Source: an uncultured Clostridia bacterium
GTDB taxonomy: Bacteria; Bacillota; Clostridia; Oscillospirales; CAG-272
Assembly: GCA_944384585.1 (NCBI GenBank)
Contig: CALWTY010000003.1
Coordinates: 16,499-80,498, forward strand
DNA: 64,000 bases
Reading direction: 5' to 3'
A program made the position numbers and the translations under genes. The notes below the pieces were generated by a model. The model did no database searches. It saw only the letters and a list, made by a program, of their open reading frames with translations, and was not told the origin of the DNA. The stretch's first letter is position 1, and every line of letters begins with the position of its first letter. Positions 47,195-57,103 of the stretch are shown piece by piece.

Positions 47195-48072
47195 GTCAAG
47201 GCAGAAGCCAGCAGCTCCGCGCCCTCCTCTTCACTGAGAATATCCGCCGGAAGCCCGAAGCCGCACTGACGCAGCTCGGCAAACAGCGCCGTCACCTGCG
47301 GCACATCGAGTCCCGCGGCATTGAGCTTGTCGATCTCGGAAAAGACCTGCCTCGGCGTACCGTCCAGATAGATCTCGCCTTCGTTGATGACGATGACGCG
47401 GTCGGCGGCGACCGCCTCGTCCATGTTATGCGTGATATGAAGGACGGTGATCCCCTTTTCGCGGTTCAGCATCCCGATGGTATTCATGACCTCTTTCCTG
47501 CCCTGCGGATCCAGCATGGCGGTCGATTCGTCGAAAATGATGCACTTCGGGAGCATGGCGATCAGCCCCGCGATCGCGACGCGCTGCTTCTGCCCTCCCG
47601 AAAGCTGATGGGGGGAATGCCCCGCATATTCCGTCATGCCGACCGCCCGAAGCGCGTTGTCCACCCGCTCCCGGATTTCGGCGGGGGGGATTCCGAGATT
47701 TTCGGGGCCGAACGCCACATCCTCCTCCACAACGGTCGCCACCAGCTGGTTATCGGGATTCTGGAATACCAACCCGATGCTCCGCCGCACCTCAAAGATA
47801 TCCTCCTCCGTCATCTGCGGGTCGGTGATATCCTTGCCGTCGATCAGGATCTGTCCGGACGTGGGGGTGAGGATCATATTCAGCAGCTTGGCCAGCGTGG
47901 ATTTTCCCGACCCGTTGTGTCCGAGGATACAGACAAACGAGCCGCGCTCGATATCCAGGCTGATATGATTCAGAACGGGATGCTCCCTGTGAGCATCCTC
48001 CGATTCCGGGTAAGTGAAGGAAAGATCCTTCACCGAAATGAGATAATCAGTCAAAGCAAAGCCTCGTTTCAA
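47191..48072 (-). CDS. ecfA1: ECF transporter ATPase subunit A1
   Basis: ABC motifs GHNGSGKST, LSGGQKQR and CIIFDES. Confidence 0.9.
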   Translation of the reverse strand: MKRGFALTDYLISVKDLSFTYPESEDAHREHPVLNHISLDIERGSFVCILGHNGSGKSTLAKLLNMILTPTSGQILIDGKDITDPQMTEEDIFEVRRSIGLVFQNPDNQLVATVVEEDVAFGPENLGIPPAEIRERVDNALRAVGMTEYAGHSPHQLSGGQKQRVAIAGLIAMLPKCIIFDESTAMLDPQGRKEVMNTIGMLNREKGITVLHITHNMDEAVAADRVIVINEGEIYLDGTPRQVFSEIDKLNAAGLDVPQVTALFAELRQCGFGLPADILSEEEGAELLASALT

Positions 48073-48938
48073 TGTGATGCCGCGATCCAGCGGGAGGAGG
48101 AGCCGCAGGGGAGAATCCCGCCTGTCCGGGTGACGGGCAGCCCGATCTCATCGGAAACCACCAATCCGCCGTGCTTCGGAAGGATCGTCTGATTCAGAAT
48201 ATACCCCATCGCGGAGGGGGAAAGTCCCGTCGTATAGGAATTGACAAGAAAGAAGAGCGGCCGGTCGCTGAGCAGCTCTGCCGTCAGCGAGATAAAGGAA
48301 TCGATGCTGTCCTCCAAAAGCCACCTCTCCCCGCCCGGTCCTCTGCCGTAGGAAGGGGGATCCATGATGACGGCATCGTATCGGCTGCCCCGCCGCAGCT
48401 CCCGCTCGCAGAACTTGAAGCAGTCGTCGACGATATAACGGATCGGCGCGCCGGCAAGCCCGCTCAGCGCCGCGTTCTCCTTTGCCCTTGCCACCATGCC
48501 CTTGGAAGCATCGACGTGACAGACCGAGGCGCCGGCGGACGCCGCTGCGATCGTCGCGCCGCCGGTATAGGCAAACAGGTTCAGCAGGCGGATCGGACGA
48601 CCCGCCTCCGCAATGAGGCGGCAGAACCAATCCCAATTGACCGCCTGCTCCGGGAAGAGACCGGTATGCTTGAAGCCCATCGGCTTAAGGGAAAAGGTGA
48701 GCTGTCGGTAGCCGATCCGCCATTCCTCCGGCAGCGCATTGCTGTTCCAGCTCCCGCCCCCCCTGTCGGAGCGGGTATAGACGGCGTCAGGATTCATCCA
48801 GCGGGGATGACTTTTCCGATTTTTCCAGATGACCTGCGGATCGGGGCGCACCAGAACATATTCCCCCCAACGCTCAAGTCTCTGTCCGTCGGAGCAGTCG
48901 AGAAGCTCGTAATCCTTCCAGTTATCCGAGAACCACAT
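48069..48938 (-). CDS. Class I SAM-dependent methyltransferase (RlmI-like catalytic domain)
   Basis: ..LLNLFAYTGGATIAAA..VIMDPPSYGRG... The ATG at 48938 overlaps the glmM stop (TAATG). Confidence 0.8.
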   Translation of the reverse strand: MWFSDNWKDYELLDCSDGQRLERWGEYVLVRPDPQVIWKNRKSHPRWMNPDAVYTRSDRGGGSWNSNALPEEWRIGYRQLTFSLKPMGFKHTGLFPEQAVNWDWFCRLIAEAGRPIRLLNLFAYTGGATIAAASAGASVCHVDASKGMVARAKENAALSGLAGAPIRYIVDDCFKFCERELRRGSRYDAVIMDPPSYGRGPGGERWLLEDSIDSFISLTAELLSDRPLFFLVNSYTTGLSPSAMGYILNQTILPKHGGLVVSDEIGLPVTRTGGILPCGSSSRWIAASH

Positions 48939-50299
48939 TACAGAATCCCCTCGATGACCGTCTTCAGACCGGCGGCACATTGATCCAACTCCTCGGGATC
49001 GTCCCCCTCAAGCATGATACGGATCAGCGCTTCCGTCCCGGAGGGACGGAGCAGCACTCTGCCGCGGTCGGCAAGCTGCTCCTCGATCTGACGCTTGCGG
49101 GCGATCACAACAGGTGAGGACATGACCTCGCTCTTTTTGGCGGTGGGGACTGCGACATTGACCGATACCTGGGGCAGACGGCGCATCTGTCCGAAGATCA
49201 CCGAGGAGGGCATATCGGGATATGCCGCCAGCAGATTCAGCGCCACCGCCGCTGTGATCTGTCCGTCCCCTGTCGTTGCAAAATCCCGCAGGATGATATG
49301 GCCGGACTGCTCGCCGCCGATCACGGCGCCGCTGCGAAGCATTTCCTCCAGAACATAGCGATCCCCGACATCGGTTGAGGTCACGCCGATCCCTTCTTTT
49401 TTCATGTACTGATGAAAGCCGAGATTGGTCAGCTTGGTAACGACAGCGGAATTTTTCTTCAGCAGCCCCTGCTTCTTCATCTCGACGGCAAAGGCAGAGA
49501 TGATCATATCCCCGTCGATGATTCTGCCGTCCTCATCGCACATCAGGCAGCGGTCCGCGTCTCCGTCGAAGGCGACGCCGAGATCATAGCCGCCGTCTAC
49601 GACATAGCGGCAGAGGGCGTTCATCTGAGTCGAACCGCAGTTGCGGTTGATGTTGATCCCGTCGGGATCGTAGGCAATGAAATCGCACTCGAATCCGCCG
49701 GTATTGGAGGGGGTGAAGACCGACTTTGCGGTCGAGCTTGCCGAGCCGTTTGAGAGATCGAAGAGGATTCTGCGTTTTTTCGTGCCGGCAGGGACGGACA
49801 GCGCCGAGATGAGGTGACGGCGGTAGCGGTCGATCAGATCGCTGCCGGTGATGACCCGTCCGATCGCACCGCAGCGGCAGAGACAGGATTCCTCCTGTCC
49901 GAGAATCAGACTCTCCACCCGCTCCTCCAGCGCGTCGGAGAGCTTATATCCCTCCGCGCCGAAGACCTTGATTCCGTTGTATTCGCTGGGATTGTGCGAG
50001 GCAGAGATCATAACGCCCGCATCGGCGCCGATATCCCGCACGAGGAAGGCGACGGCGGGCGTCGGCACGACGCCGACAAGATATACGTCGCTTCCCATCG
50101 CGCAGAGCCCCGCCGTAATGGCAGCCTCAAACATATCGCCCGACAACCGGGTATCCTTCCCGATCAGAACCTTGGCCTTCCCATCCTTTCCCTCGGTCAG
50201 CACACGCGAAACGGCAAGTCCGAGACGGAAGGCAAGCTCTGCCGTCAGTTCCTCTCCCGCGATTCCTCTGATCCCGTCTGTTCCGAATAGCTTTCCCAT
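48938..50299 (-). CDS. glmM: Phosphoglucosamine mutase
   Basis: MGKLFGTDGIRG..SASHNP... An alternative ATG lies at 50305. Confidence 0.93.
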   Translation of the reverse strand: MGKLFGTDGIRGIAGEELTAELAFRLGLAVSRVLTEGKDGKAKVLIGKDTRLSGDMFEAAITAGLCAMGSDVYLVGVVPTPAVAFLVRDIGADAGVMISASHNPSEYNGIKVFGAEGYKLSDALEERVESLILGQEESCLCRCGAIGRVITGSDLIDRYRRHLISALSVPAGTKKRRILFDLSNGSASSTAKSVFTPSNTGGFECDFIAYDPDGININRNCGSTQMNALCRYVVDGGYDLGVAFDGDADRCLMCDEDGRIIDGDMIISAFAVEMKKQGLLKKNSAVVTKLTNLGFHQYMKKEGIGVTSTDVGDRYVLEEMLRSGAVIGGEQSGHIILRDFATTGDGQITAAVALNLLAAYPDMPSSVIFGQMRRLPQVSVNVAVPTAKKSEVMSSPVVIARKRQIEEQLADRGRVLLRPSGTEALIRIMLEGDDPEELDQCAAGLKTVIEGIL

Positions 50300-50301
50300 A
50301 T

Positions 50302-51387
50302 TCATTCTTCTCCGTTCTTCTCCGAAAAAATATCAAGCTGCACGCCGCTCACGGTATGCTCGCGATAGGGCAGGCCGAGGTGCTCGTAGGCGAGTCTGGT
50401 CACGCAGCGCCCCCTCGGCGTCCTGCTCAGGAAGCCGATCTGCATCAGATACGGCTCGTAAACGTCCTCGATTGTGACCGCCTCCTCCCCGACGGTGGCA
50501 GCCAGCGTCTCAAGCCCGACAGGGCCGCCGTCGTAGAACCGCACGATGACCTCCAGCATCCGTCTGTCGACGTTGTCAAGACCGAGCCGGTCGATCTCCA
50601 GGCGGGTCAGGGCATAATCCGCAATCTCCCGGTTGATCTTGCCGTTTCCCTTCACCTGTGCGAAGTCCCGCACCCGCTTGAGCAGGCGATTGGCAATCCG
50701 GGGCGTGCCGCGGGAGCGGGCGGCGATCTCTTTTGCACCGTATTCGTCGATCGGAATGCCGAGAATGCCGGCGCTCCGCCTGACGATATCGGTCAGCTCC
50801 TCGACGGTGTACAGTTCCAGCTTCAGCACTACGCCGAAGCGGTCGCGGAGCGGGGTGGAGATCTGCCCCGCCCTTGTCGTCGCACCGATCAGCGTGAATT
50901 TCGACAAGGTCAGCGGAATGCTTCTGGCCGCAGGCCCTTTCCCGATGATCAGATCAACGACATAATCCTCCATCGCGGGATATAGGATCTCCTCCACCGT
51001 CTTCGGCAGCCGATGGATTTCATCAATAAACAGAATATCGTTTTCTCCGAGATTGGTGAGCAGGGCGACAAGATCCCCGCTTTTTTCGATGGCCGGTCCG
51101 GAGGTGACCCGGATATTCACTCCCATTTCGTGGGCGATGATCGCGGCAAGCGTCGTTTTTCCGAGGCCGGGAGGGCCGTAGAGCAGAACATGATCCAGCA
51201 CCTCGCCCCTCTGCCTCGCCGCATCGATATAGACCCTCAGGTTTTCCTTCGCCTTGCACTGTCCGACGTATTCCTCCAGCGTCCGCGGCCGAAGCCCCGG
51301 CTCGCTCTCGGAGTCCTCCGCCTCGCTGAAGGAGGAGGAAACGATCCGCGATTCAAAGTCGTATTCAAATTCGTTCTCGTCTGCCAT
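50302..51387 (-). CDS. ruvB: Holliday junction branch migration helicase RuvB
   Basis: [34 protein letters not shown]. Confidence 0.95.
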   Translation of the reverse strand: MADENEFEYDFESRIVSSSFSEAEDSESEPGLRPRTLEEYVGQCKAKENLRVYIDAARQRGEVLDHVLLYGPPGLGKTTLAAIIAHEMGVNIRVTSGPAIEKSGDLVALLTNLGENDILFIDEIHRLPKTVEEILYPAMEDYVVDLIIGKGPAARSIPLTLSKFTLIGATTRAGQISTPLRDRFGVVLKLELYTVEELTDIVRRSAGILGIPIDEYGAKEIAARSRGTPRIANRLLKRVRDFAQVKGNGKINREIADYALTRLEIDRLGLDNVDRRMLEVIVRFYDGGPVGLETLAATVGEEAVTIEDVYEPYLMQIGFLSRTPRGRCVTRLAYEHLGLPYREHTVSGVQLDIFSEKNGEE

Positions 51388-51414
51388 ATTTCTTTCCTCG
51401 CATCCGCTCCGCGG

Positions 51415-52017
51415 TTATTTCATCAGACGGCTCAGCGCGCCCTTGATCAATGCTTCGATTTCCTCCGCCGGATCCGCGCCCTTCAGCCCGTAGACTGCCT
51501 CGGCGCGGGTGTATCCCAGCACCATCAGGGCGTTGATCGCCTCGGTGAGATTGCTCTCCCCGCCGACGCCGGGCTCCTCCCCCGCGGGCAGCTCCTCGGA
51601 GGCGGAAAATTCCTTTCCGATCTTATCCTTCAGCTCAAGGATGACCCTTGCAGCGGTTTTCGGACCGACCCCCTGCGCCTTGGCGATCGCCTTGGCATCC
51701 CCCGTCATGACCGCCGCCGCAAAACGCTCCGGCGACATCAGGGTGAGGATCGAAACCGCCGATTTCATTCCGACGCCGCTGACCGAGATCAGCATCCGGA
51801 AGGCGGAAAGCTCCTCCGTCGAGCAGAAGCCGTACAGCTCCATCGCGTCCTCTCTGACCGCAAGATGGGTGAAGAGCTTCACGCGGCTGCCGATTTTCCC
51901 GGCCAGCTTCCCGAGCGTATTGCCGCTGATCGTCATCTGATAGCCGACGCCGCCGGCGTCCACCACCGCAGTATTCGGCTCTGCAAGCACAAGCTCGCCG
52001 CATATGTAATAGTACAT
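51415..52017 (-). CDS. ruvA: Holliday junction DNA-binding protein RuvA
   Basis: MYYYICGELV..VDAGGVGYQ..ISVSGVGMKSA..GVGPKTA. Confidence 0.93.
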   Translation of the reverse strand: MYYYICGELVLAEPNTAVVDAGGVGYQMTISGNTLGKLAGKIGSRVKLFTHLAVREDAMELYGFCSTEELSAFRMLISVSGVGMKSAVSILTLMSPERFAAAVMTGDAKAIAKAQGVGPKTAARVILELKDKIGKEFSASEELPAGEEPGVGGESNLTEAINALMVLGYTRAEAVYGLKGADPAEEIEALIKGALSRLMK

Positions 52018-52035
52018 GGAGTCCCTCCGTCGGAT

Positions 52036-52536
52036 TTATTTGATGTTGTAGAAGTCACGCAGCCGGGAGCCGCCGGTATGCGCGTGGCAGACCGCAATGG
52101 CAAGCGCATCGGAGGTATCGTCGTAGCGCGGCATGGCCTTCAGATTCAGAATCGTCCGTGTCATCAGCTGAACCTGCTTTTTCTCGGCGCGGCCGTAGCC
52201 TACCACCGCCTGCTTGACCTGAAGGGGGGTATATTCGTAAATGCCGACCTTTTTATGCCCTGCCGCCAGCAGGATCACGCCTCTGGCCTCCGCCACGGCG
52301 ATGCCCGTGGTGATGTTGGTGTTGAAAAACAGCTCCTCGACGGCAACATCATCCGGTCGGTACTGCTCCAAAAGACGTGTAACGTCGCGGTAGATCAGCT
52401 GAAGGCGCTCGGAGATCCCGGTATGCGCCGGCGTGGTGACAGCGCCGTAGGCAAGCGTTCTGAAATGCGGCGCTTTGTATTCCACCACCCCGTAGCCGAC
52501 AATGGCAAGCCCCGGGTCAATTCCCATAATGATCAT
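52036..52536 (-). CDS. ruvC: Crossover junction endodeoxyribonuclease RuvC
   Basis: MIIMGIDPGLAIVGYGVV..DALAIAVCHA. Confidence 0.93.
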   Translation of the reverse strand: MIIMGIDPGLAIVGYGVVEYKAPHFRTLAYGAVTTPAHTGISERLQLIYRDVTRLLEQYRPDDVAVEELFFNTNITTGIAVAEARGVILLAAGHKKVGIYEYTPLQVKQAVVGYGRAEKKQVQLMTRTILNLKAMPRYDDTSDALAIAVCHAHTGGSRLRDFYNIK

Positions 52537-52597
52537 CGAAACTCCCGTCCTCCGTCAGATTCTCCGCGCCGGTCCCCCGTCGCTCATACATCATTTA

Positions 52598-52626
52598 ATT
52601 ATATCATAAACCTCGGAAATAGTCAA
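52598..52626 (-). promoter_or_regulatory. Sigma-A type promoter heading the ruvC...P-type-ATPase-like array
   Basis: Minus strand reads TTGACT (52626-52621), a 17-nt spacer, then TATAAT (52603-52598). Confidence 0.7.
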
Positions 52627-52910
52627 AATATATTTGTAAACATTTTTTCAAAACCCGTCGAGTCGGAATTTTCGCAGGCGCCGCCTCTTGGCGGGGCGGA
52701 TTCCCGCCGTGCCCGACCGCCCGCAAATCAGCCCGCGGCGCGTATTTTGCCCGACGTCCCGGCATCGATCGTTCCTCCTTCAGCCCTCCGGAAACCAACG
52801 CAGCGCGTGATATCGGAGCGTATCCCGCCAAAAAACCGTTCCTCCCCCCGAATCGACCCGCCTTTCCCAACGTCAGAAAACGCAAAAGCGCTTTTTTCGC
52901 AAAAAAAATG

Positions 52911-52939
52911 TTTACACATTCCGATAAATGTGTTATAAT
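52911..52939 (+). promoter_or_regulatory. Sigma-A type promoter (extended -10) for yfhO
   Basis: TTTACA (52911-52916), a 17-nt spacer ending TGt, then TATAAT (52934-52939). Confidence 0.7.
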
Positions 52940-53009
52940 ATGATGAACTGCTTCTGACAGACAGGAATCCGCCCAATCAAAATTTGTTTCAGTGAGGATC
53001 AAACGGCTA

Positions 53010-55685
53010 ATGAATACCGATTTTCGAACCAAGATCTATGATTTCTGGGTCAAATACCGCTTTCTTCTGACGGCATTTGTCCTGCCGGCCTTGATCATGT
53101 GGATGATCTACATCGCAATGGAGGTTTATCCCTTCGGCTCAAGCTCGGTGCTGGTGCTTGACCTGAACGGACAGTATGTCTATTTCTTTGAGGATCTTCG
53201 CAAGAAGGTGCTGGAGGGCGGGAGCTTTCTCTATACCTGGACCCGCTCCCTCGGCGGGGAGTTCATGGGCATTTACGCTTACTATCTGGCCAGCCCCTTC
53301 TCCTTCCTGATCACCCTCTTCTCCGACAATCATATCACCGAGGGGCTGCTTTTGATCCTGCTTCTCAAGACCGGCTCGATGGGGGCGACCATGGCCTACT
53401 ATCTCCATCAGACCCGCCCGACAAAGAAGCTCAACGTCCTCATCTTCTCCACCTGCTATGCCCTCTCCTCCTACGCCATCGTCATGGCGAACAACACCAT
53501 GTGGATCGACAATCTGATCCTGCTCCCGCTGATCGCGCTGGGGATCGAGCGGCTGATCACCAAGCGGCAGTTCAAGCTCTTCGTCGTCAGCCTCTCCCTT
53601 GCGATTCTGACCAATTTCTACATCGGCTACATGACCTGCCTCTTTGTGGCGATCTATTTCTTCTACTATTATCTGGCCCATGACAACCACGGCGAGAACA
53701 ATTTCTGGCAGGAGGAGAACCACTTCTGGAAATCCCTTGTCCGCATCACGACCTATTCCGCCATTGCCGTCGCCATCGCCATGGTGATCATCTACCCCGC
53801 CTACACCTCGCTGCAGTTCGGCAAGAGCACCTTCAGCAACACCACCTATACCTTCGCGCAGCGGTTCGATTTCCTCGACTTTTTCGTCAAGCTCTTCCCC
53901 GGCTCCTATGATACCGTAAGACCGGAGGGACTGCCCTTCGTCTACTGCGGCATCATCGCCCTCATCCTTGTTCCGATCTATTTCATCACCTCCCGCATCC
54001 GCTGGCAGGAGAGAATGATGAGCGGCGTGATTCTCTGCTTCCTTCTTGTCTGCTTCAACATCAACGCCATCGACATCATCTGGCATGGCTTCCAGAAGCC
54101 CAACTGGCTCAACTACCGCTACAGCTTCATGTTCATCTTCCTCCTGCTTGTCATGGCGTATAAAGCCTTCGGTTACCTCAAGTACGTCAATTACAAGCAC
54201 GTCGTCTTCGTGTGCGGCGTTTTCGCCGTCATGCTGATGTTCATCCAGAAGCAGGAGTATGAGTGGGTCGGAGACTTCAAATGCATCTGGCTCAGCCTGC
54301 TCTGCCTCGCCGTTTTCGGGGTGGCGCTGTGGTTTGAATATGCCGGCAAGCTCCACGGCAGTGCGACCGCCGTCATCGCGATTCTGGTCTGCATCGAGCT
54401 GTTTACCTCCGGTCTGCTCAATACCATCGGGCTTGACGAGGACGTCGTGATCAGCTCCCGCAACTCCTACAACAGCTATATGCAGAAAGTGCGCCCCCTT
54501 GTGAACTGGGTCAAGGAGTATGACGATTCCCCCTTCTACCGCATGGAGAAGAATTTCCACAGAAAGACCAACGACCCGATGACCCTCGGCTTCTACGGGA
54601 TCTCAAACTCCACCTCCACCCTCAACAAGCCGGTCATCAATATGCTCCACCGCTACGGCTATGCCTCCAAATCTCACTGGACGAAATACCTCGGCGGCAC
54701 CCCCGTCTCCGATGCGCTCCTCGGTATCCGCTACGTCATCTCCGACGGCAAGACCGAGAACGGCGTCTTCAAGGAGCTTTCCCACGACGAGATCAACGAT
54801 TACTATATCTATCAGAACCCCTTCGCCCTCTCCCTTGCCTATGCCGCCGATCCCCGTGCAGCCGCGCTTGAGATCACCGATTATGAGTCCCCCTTCGAGC
54901 TGATGAACGCCCTCTCCGCTGCGCTGACGGGCAGCGAATCGGATATCGGACTGTTCAAGCAGCTGGAGCTTGTCTCCACCGACTTCAAAAACATCGACAC
55001 CGGCTTCACCTCCAAGCACCGCCGCTACAGCAAGAAGGACGAAACCCTCTCTGCCTCCATCGAATACACTGTCAACGTCAAGGGCGGCGTCCCGGTCTAT
55101 ATGAATATCCCGACCGATTATCCCAGAGAATGTTCGCTGAAGGTCGACGGCGTCTCCAAGGGCACCTACTTCGGAAATGAGACCGACCGTATCGTCTACC
55201 TCGGCATCTTCCCGGAAGACAGCGAGATCACCGTCACCCTTGAGCTGAAGGAAGATCCCATCTACATCATGACGGGACAGGACTATTTCTTCTATCTCGA
55301 CAACGAGCTTTTTGCCGACACCTTCTCGCAGATCGCGGACGGCAACATGGAAATCTCCCACTTTGACGACACCCACATCCTCGGCACCGTCAATGCCGCC
55401 GAAGGACAGACGCTGCTCTATACCTCCATCGTCTACGACGAGGGGTGGATTGTGACGGTTGACGGCGAGGAGAAGGAGCTGATCATGACAAACGACTGCC
55501 TGCTCGCGGTTGAGATCACGCCCGGCGAGCATGAGATCAGCTTTACCTATCGCCCCAAGTGCTACACTGTCGGCTCCGCCATCTCCCTGGCCGGCCTGGG
55601 CGCGTTTGCCGTTGCCATTGTGCTGGACGAATGGCGCAAGCGTCGTGAGCTTCGCCGCTGGGCAGCGGAAAATCACATCTTCTGA
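53010..55685 (+). CDS. yfhO: YfhO family membrane protein (polytopic glycosyltransferase-like)
   Basis: ..YPFGSSSVLVLDLNGQYVYFFEDLRKK..GGSFLYTWTRSLGGEFMG.. plus many TM helices and a large C-terminal domain. An alternative GTG lies at 52992. Confidence 0.88.
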   Translation: MNTDFRTKIYDFWVKYRFLLTAFVLPALIMWMIYIAMEVYPFGSSSVLVLDLNGQYVYFFEDLRKKVLEGGSFLYTWTRSLGGEFMGIYAYYLASPFSFLITLFSDNHITEGLLLILLLKTGSMGATMAYYLHQTRPTKKLNVLIFSTCYALSSYAIVMANNTMWIDNLILLPLIALGIERLITKRQFKLFVVSLSLAILTNFYIGYMTCLFVAIYFFYYYLAHDNHGENNFWQEENHFWKSLVRITTYSAIAVAIAMVIIYPAYTSLQFGKSTFSNTTYTFAQRFDFLDFFVKLFPGSYDTVRPEGLPFVYCGIIALILVPIYFITSRIRWQERMMSGVILCFLLVCFNINAIDIIWHGFQKPNWLNYRYSFMFIFLLLVMAYKAFGYLKYVNYKHVVFVCGVFAVMLMFIQKQEYEWVGDFKCIWLSLLCLAVFGVALWFEYAGKLHGSATAVIAILVCIELFTSGLLNTIGLDEDVVISSRNSYNSYMQKVRPLVNWVKEYDDSPFYRMEKNFHRKTNDPMTLGFYGISNSTSTLNKPVINMLHRYGYASKSHWTKYLGGTPVSDALLGIRYVISDGKTENGVFKELSHDEINDYYIYQNPFALSLAYAADPRAAALEITDYESPFELMNALSAALTGSESDIGLFKQLELVSTDFKNIDTGFTSKHRRYSKKDETLSASIEYTVNVKGGVPVYMNIPTDYPRECSLKVDGVSKGTYFGNETDRIVYLGIFPEDSEITVTLELKEDPIYIMTGQDYFFYLDNELFADTFSQIADGNMEISHFDDTHILGTVNAAEGQTLLYTSIVYDEGWIVTVDGEEKELIMTNDCLLAVEITPGEHEISFTYRPKCYTVGSAISLAGLGAFAVAIVLDEWRKRRELRRWAAENHIF

Positions 55686-55734
55686 CCGAATAAAACCGTG
55701 CATTCGGGTTCATCCTAATCCGGGGTGAATCCGA

Positions 55735-56181
55735 ATGCACAAATCGTTTCCGCATCTGAACGAATATATTTTTATGTACTCGGCAGGCTCGGTTTTCTAT
55801 GCCGCCGCAGAGCTGCTCTTCCGGGGTCATACGCACTGGACGATGGTTCTGACCGGCGGCCTCTGCGCCGCCCTGATCCATTTCGGGAACAAAAGACTGA
55901 AGGGAAAAGGGCTGCTCTTCCGCTGTCTGTTCGGGTGCGCGACCATTACGGCGGCGGAATATGCCGTCGGCTGTCTCGTCAATCGTCTGCTCTGCTGGAA
56001 TGTCTGGGACTACTCCGACCGGTTTCTGAACCTTCACGGACAGATCTGTCCGCTCTATTCCCTCTTCTGGTTCATCCTGTCCTTCCCCGCGATTATGCTG
56101 AGCCGACTGACAGCCGACCATCCGCCCTCCGCAGGAGGAGATCATGGCATCAAGAGGAAAGAAAACGAAGTTGGCAAATAA
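55735..56181 (+). CDS. Small 4-TM protein of the 'putative ABC-transporter type IV' (PF06541-like) family
   Basis: ..GSVFYAAAELLFRGHTHW..EYAVGCLVNRLLCWNVWDYS... Confidence 0.6.
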   Translation: MHKSFPHLNEYIFMYSAGSVFYAAAELLFRGHTHWTMVLTGGLCAALIHFGNKRLKGKGLLFRCLFGCATITAAEYAVGCLVNRLLCWNVWDYSDRFLNLHGQICPLYSLFWFILSFPAIMLSRLTADHPPSAGGDHGIKRKENEVGK

Positions 56182-57103
56182 GAAGCTCCGATATGGCGTT
56201 ACCGCGCTCCTGATCGGGGCTCTGATCCTGATTCTGCCCCGCCTTTCGGAGGATTTGCAGAAGTATTTCTCGCTCTATCGCGACGATTACGTCGTCTCCC
56301 CCGCCGAAGGCGAGCTTTCCGTCCACTTCATCGACGTCGGGCAGGGCGATTCCGCCCTGATTCTCGCACCGGGCGGGGAGGTCATGCTCATCGACTCCGG
56401 CACCTCCGACAGCCAATACGATCTCCTCCAGTATCTTCGCCTGTATCAGGTGGAGCGGATCGATTATTTTGTCCTGACCCATCCTCACGCCGACCATATC
56501 GGCGGCGCGTCGGCGGTCTTTGACGCTTTTGAGGTATCCTGCGTCATCATGCCGGACGCCGTCACCGACACCTCCACCTACCGGAATGTGCTGAAGAAAA
56601 TCGACGCGGAGGGCTGCGACGTCCTCTTTGCCGAACCGGACGGACGCACCCATTCTCTCGGCGCGGCGAGCTTTGTCCTGCTCGGTCCGACAGAGAATTA
56701 CGGCGACGAGCTGAACGACAGCAGCGTTGTACTCCGCCTTGACTACGCCTCGGCAGCCTTCCTGTTCACGGGAGACGCCGAGGCGCGGTCGGAGGCGGAT
56801 ATGCTGGAGCGCTTCCCTGCCGACGCCTTCGATGCGGATGTGCTGAAGCTGGGACATCACGGCTCCTCAACCTCCACCTCGGAGGAATGGCTTGACGCCG
56901 TCTCCCCGCAGTTCGCCGTCGTCTCCTGCGGAAAAAACAATGAATACGGTCATCCGCACAGCGAGATTCTGTCGCTGCTTACCTCCCGCGGCGTCGGGAT
57001 CTGCCGCACAGACCGGAACGGAACCGTCGTCTTCACCACCGACGGCAGCTCCGTGACCCTTCGCTCTCCCGCTACTCCGACATCAACAGCTCCGACACCG
57101 TGA
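56144..57103 (+). CDS. ComEC/Rec2-related metallo-beta-lactamase fold hydrolase (MBL domain only)
   Basis: N-terminal TM anchor, then LSVHFIDVGQGDSALI..YFVLTHPHADHIGG..LKLGHHGS. Confidence 0.85.
   Translation: MASRGKKTKLANKKLRYGVTALLIGALILILPRLSEDLQKYFSLYRDDYVVSPAEGELSVHFIDVGQGDSALILAPGGEVMLIDSGTSDSQYDLLQYLRLYQVERIDYFVLTHPHADHIGGASAVFDAFEVSCVIMPDAVTDTSTYRNVLKKIDAEGCDVLFAEPDGRTHSLGAASFVLLGPTENYGDELNDSSVVLRLDYASAAFLFTGDAEARSEADMLERFPADAFDADVLKLGHHGSSTSTSEEWLDAVSPQFAVVSCGKNNEYGHPHSEILSLLTSRGVGICRTDRNGTVVFTTDGSSVTLRSPATPTSTAPTP

Noticed and set aside
57072-57103. 32-nt 3'-end overlap of the convergent ComEC-like MBL gene and the deacetylase gene, considered as antisense regulation.
   Set aside because: Short convergent overlaps are common in compact genomes, and either stop could simply be as annotated. 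There is no extra structure to support a regulatory role.
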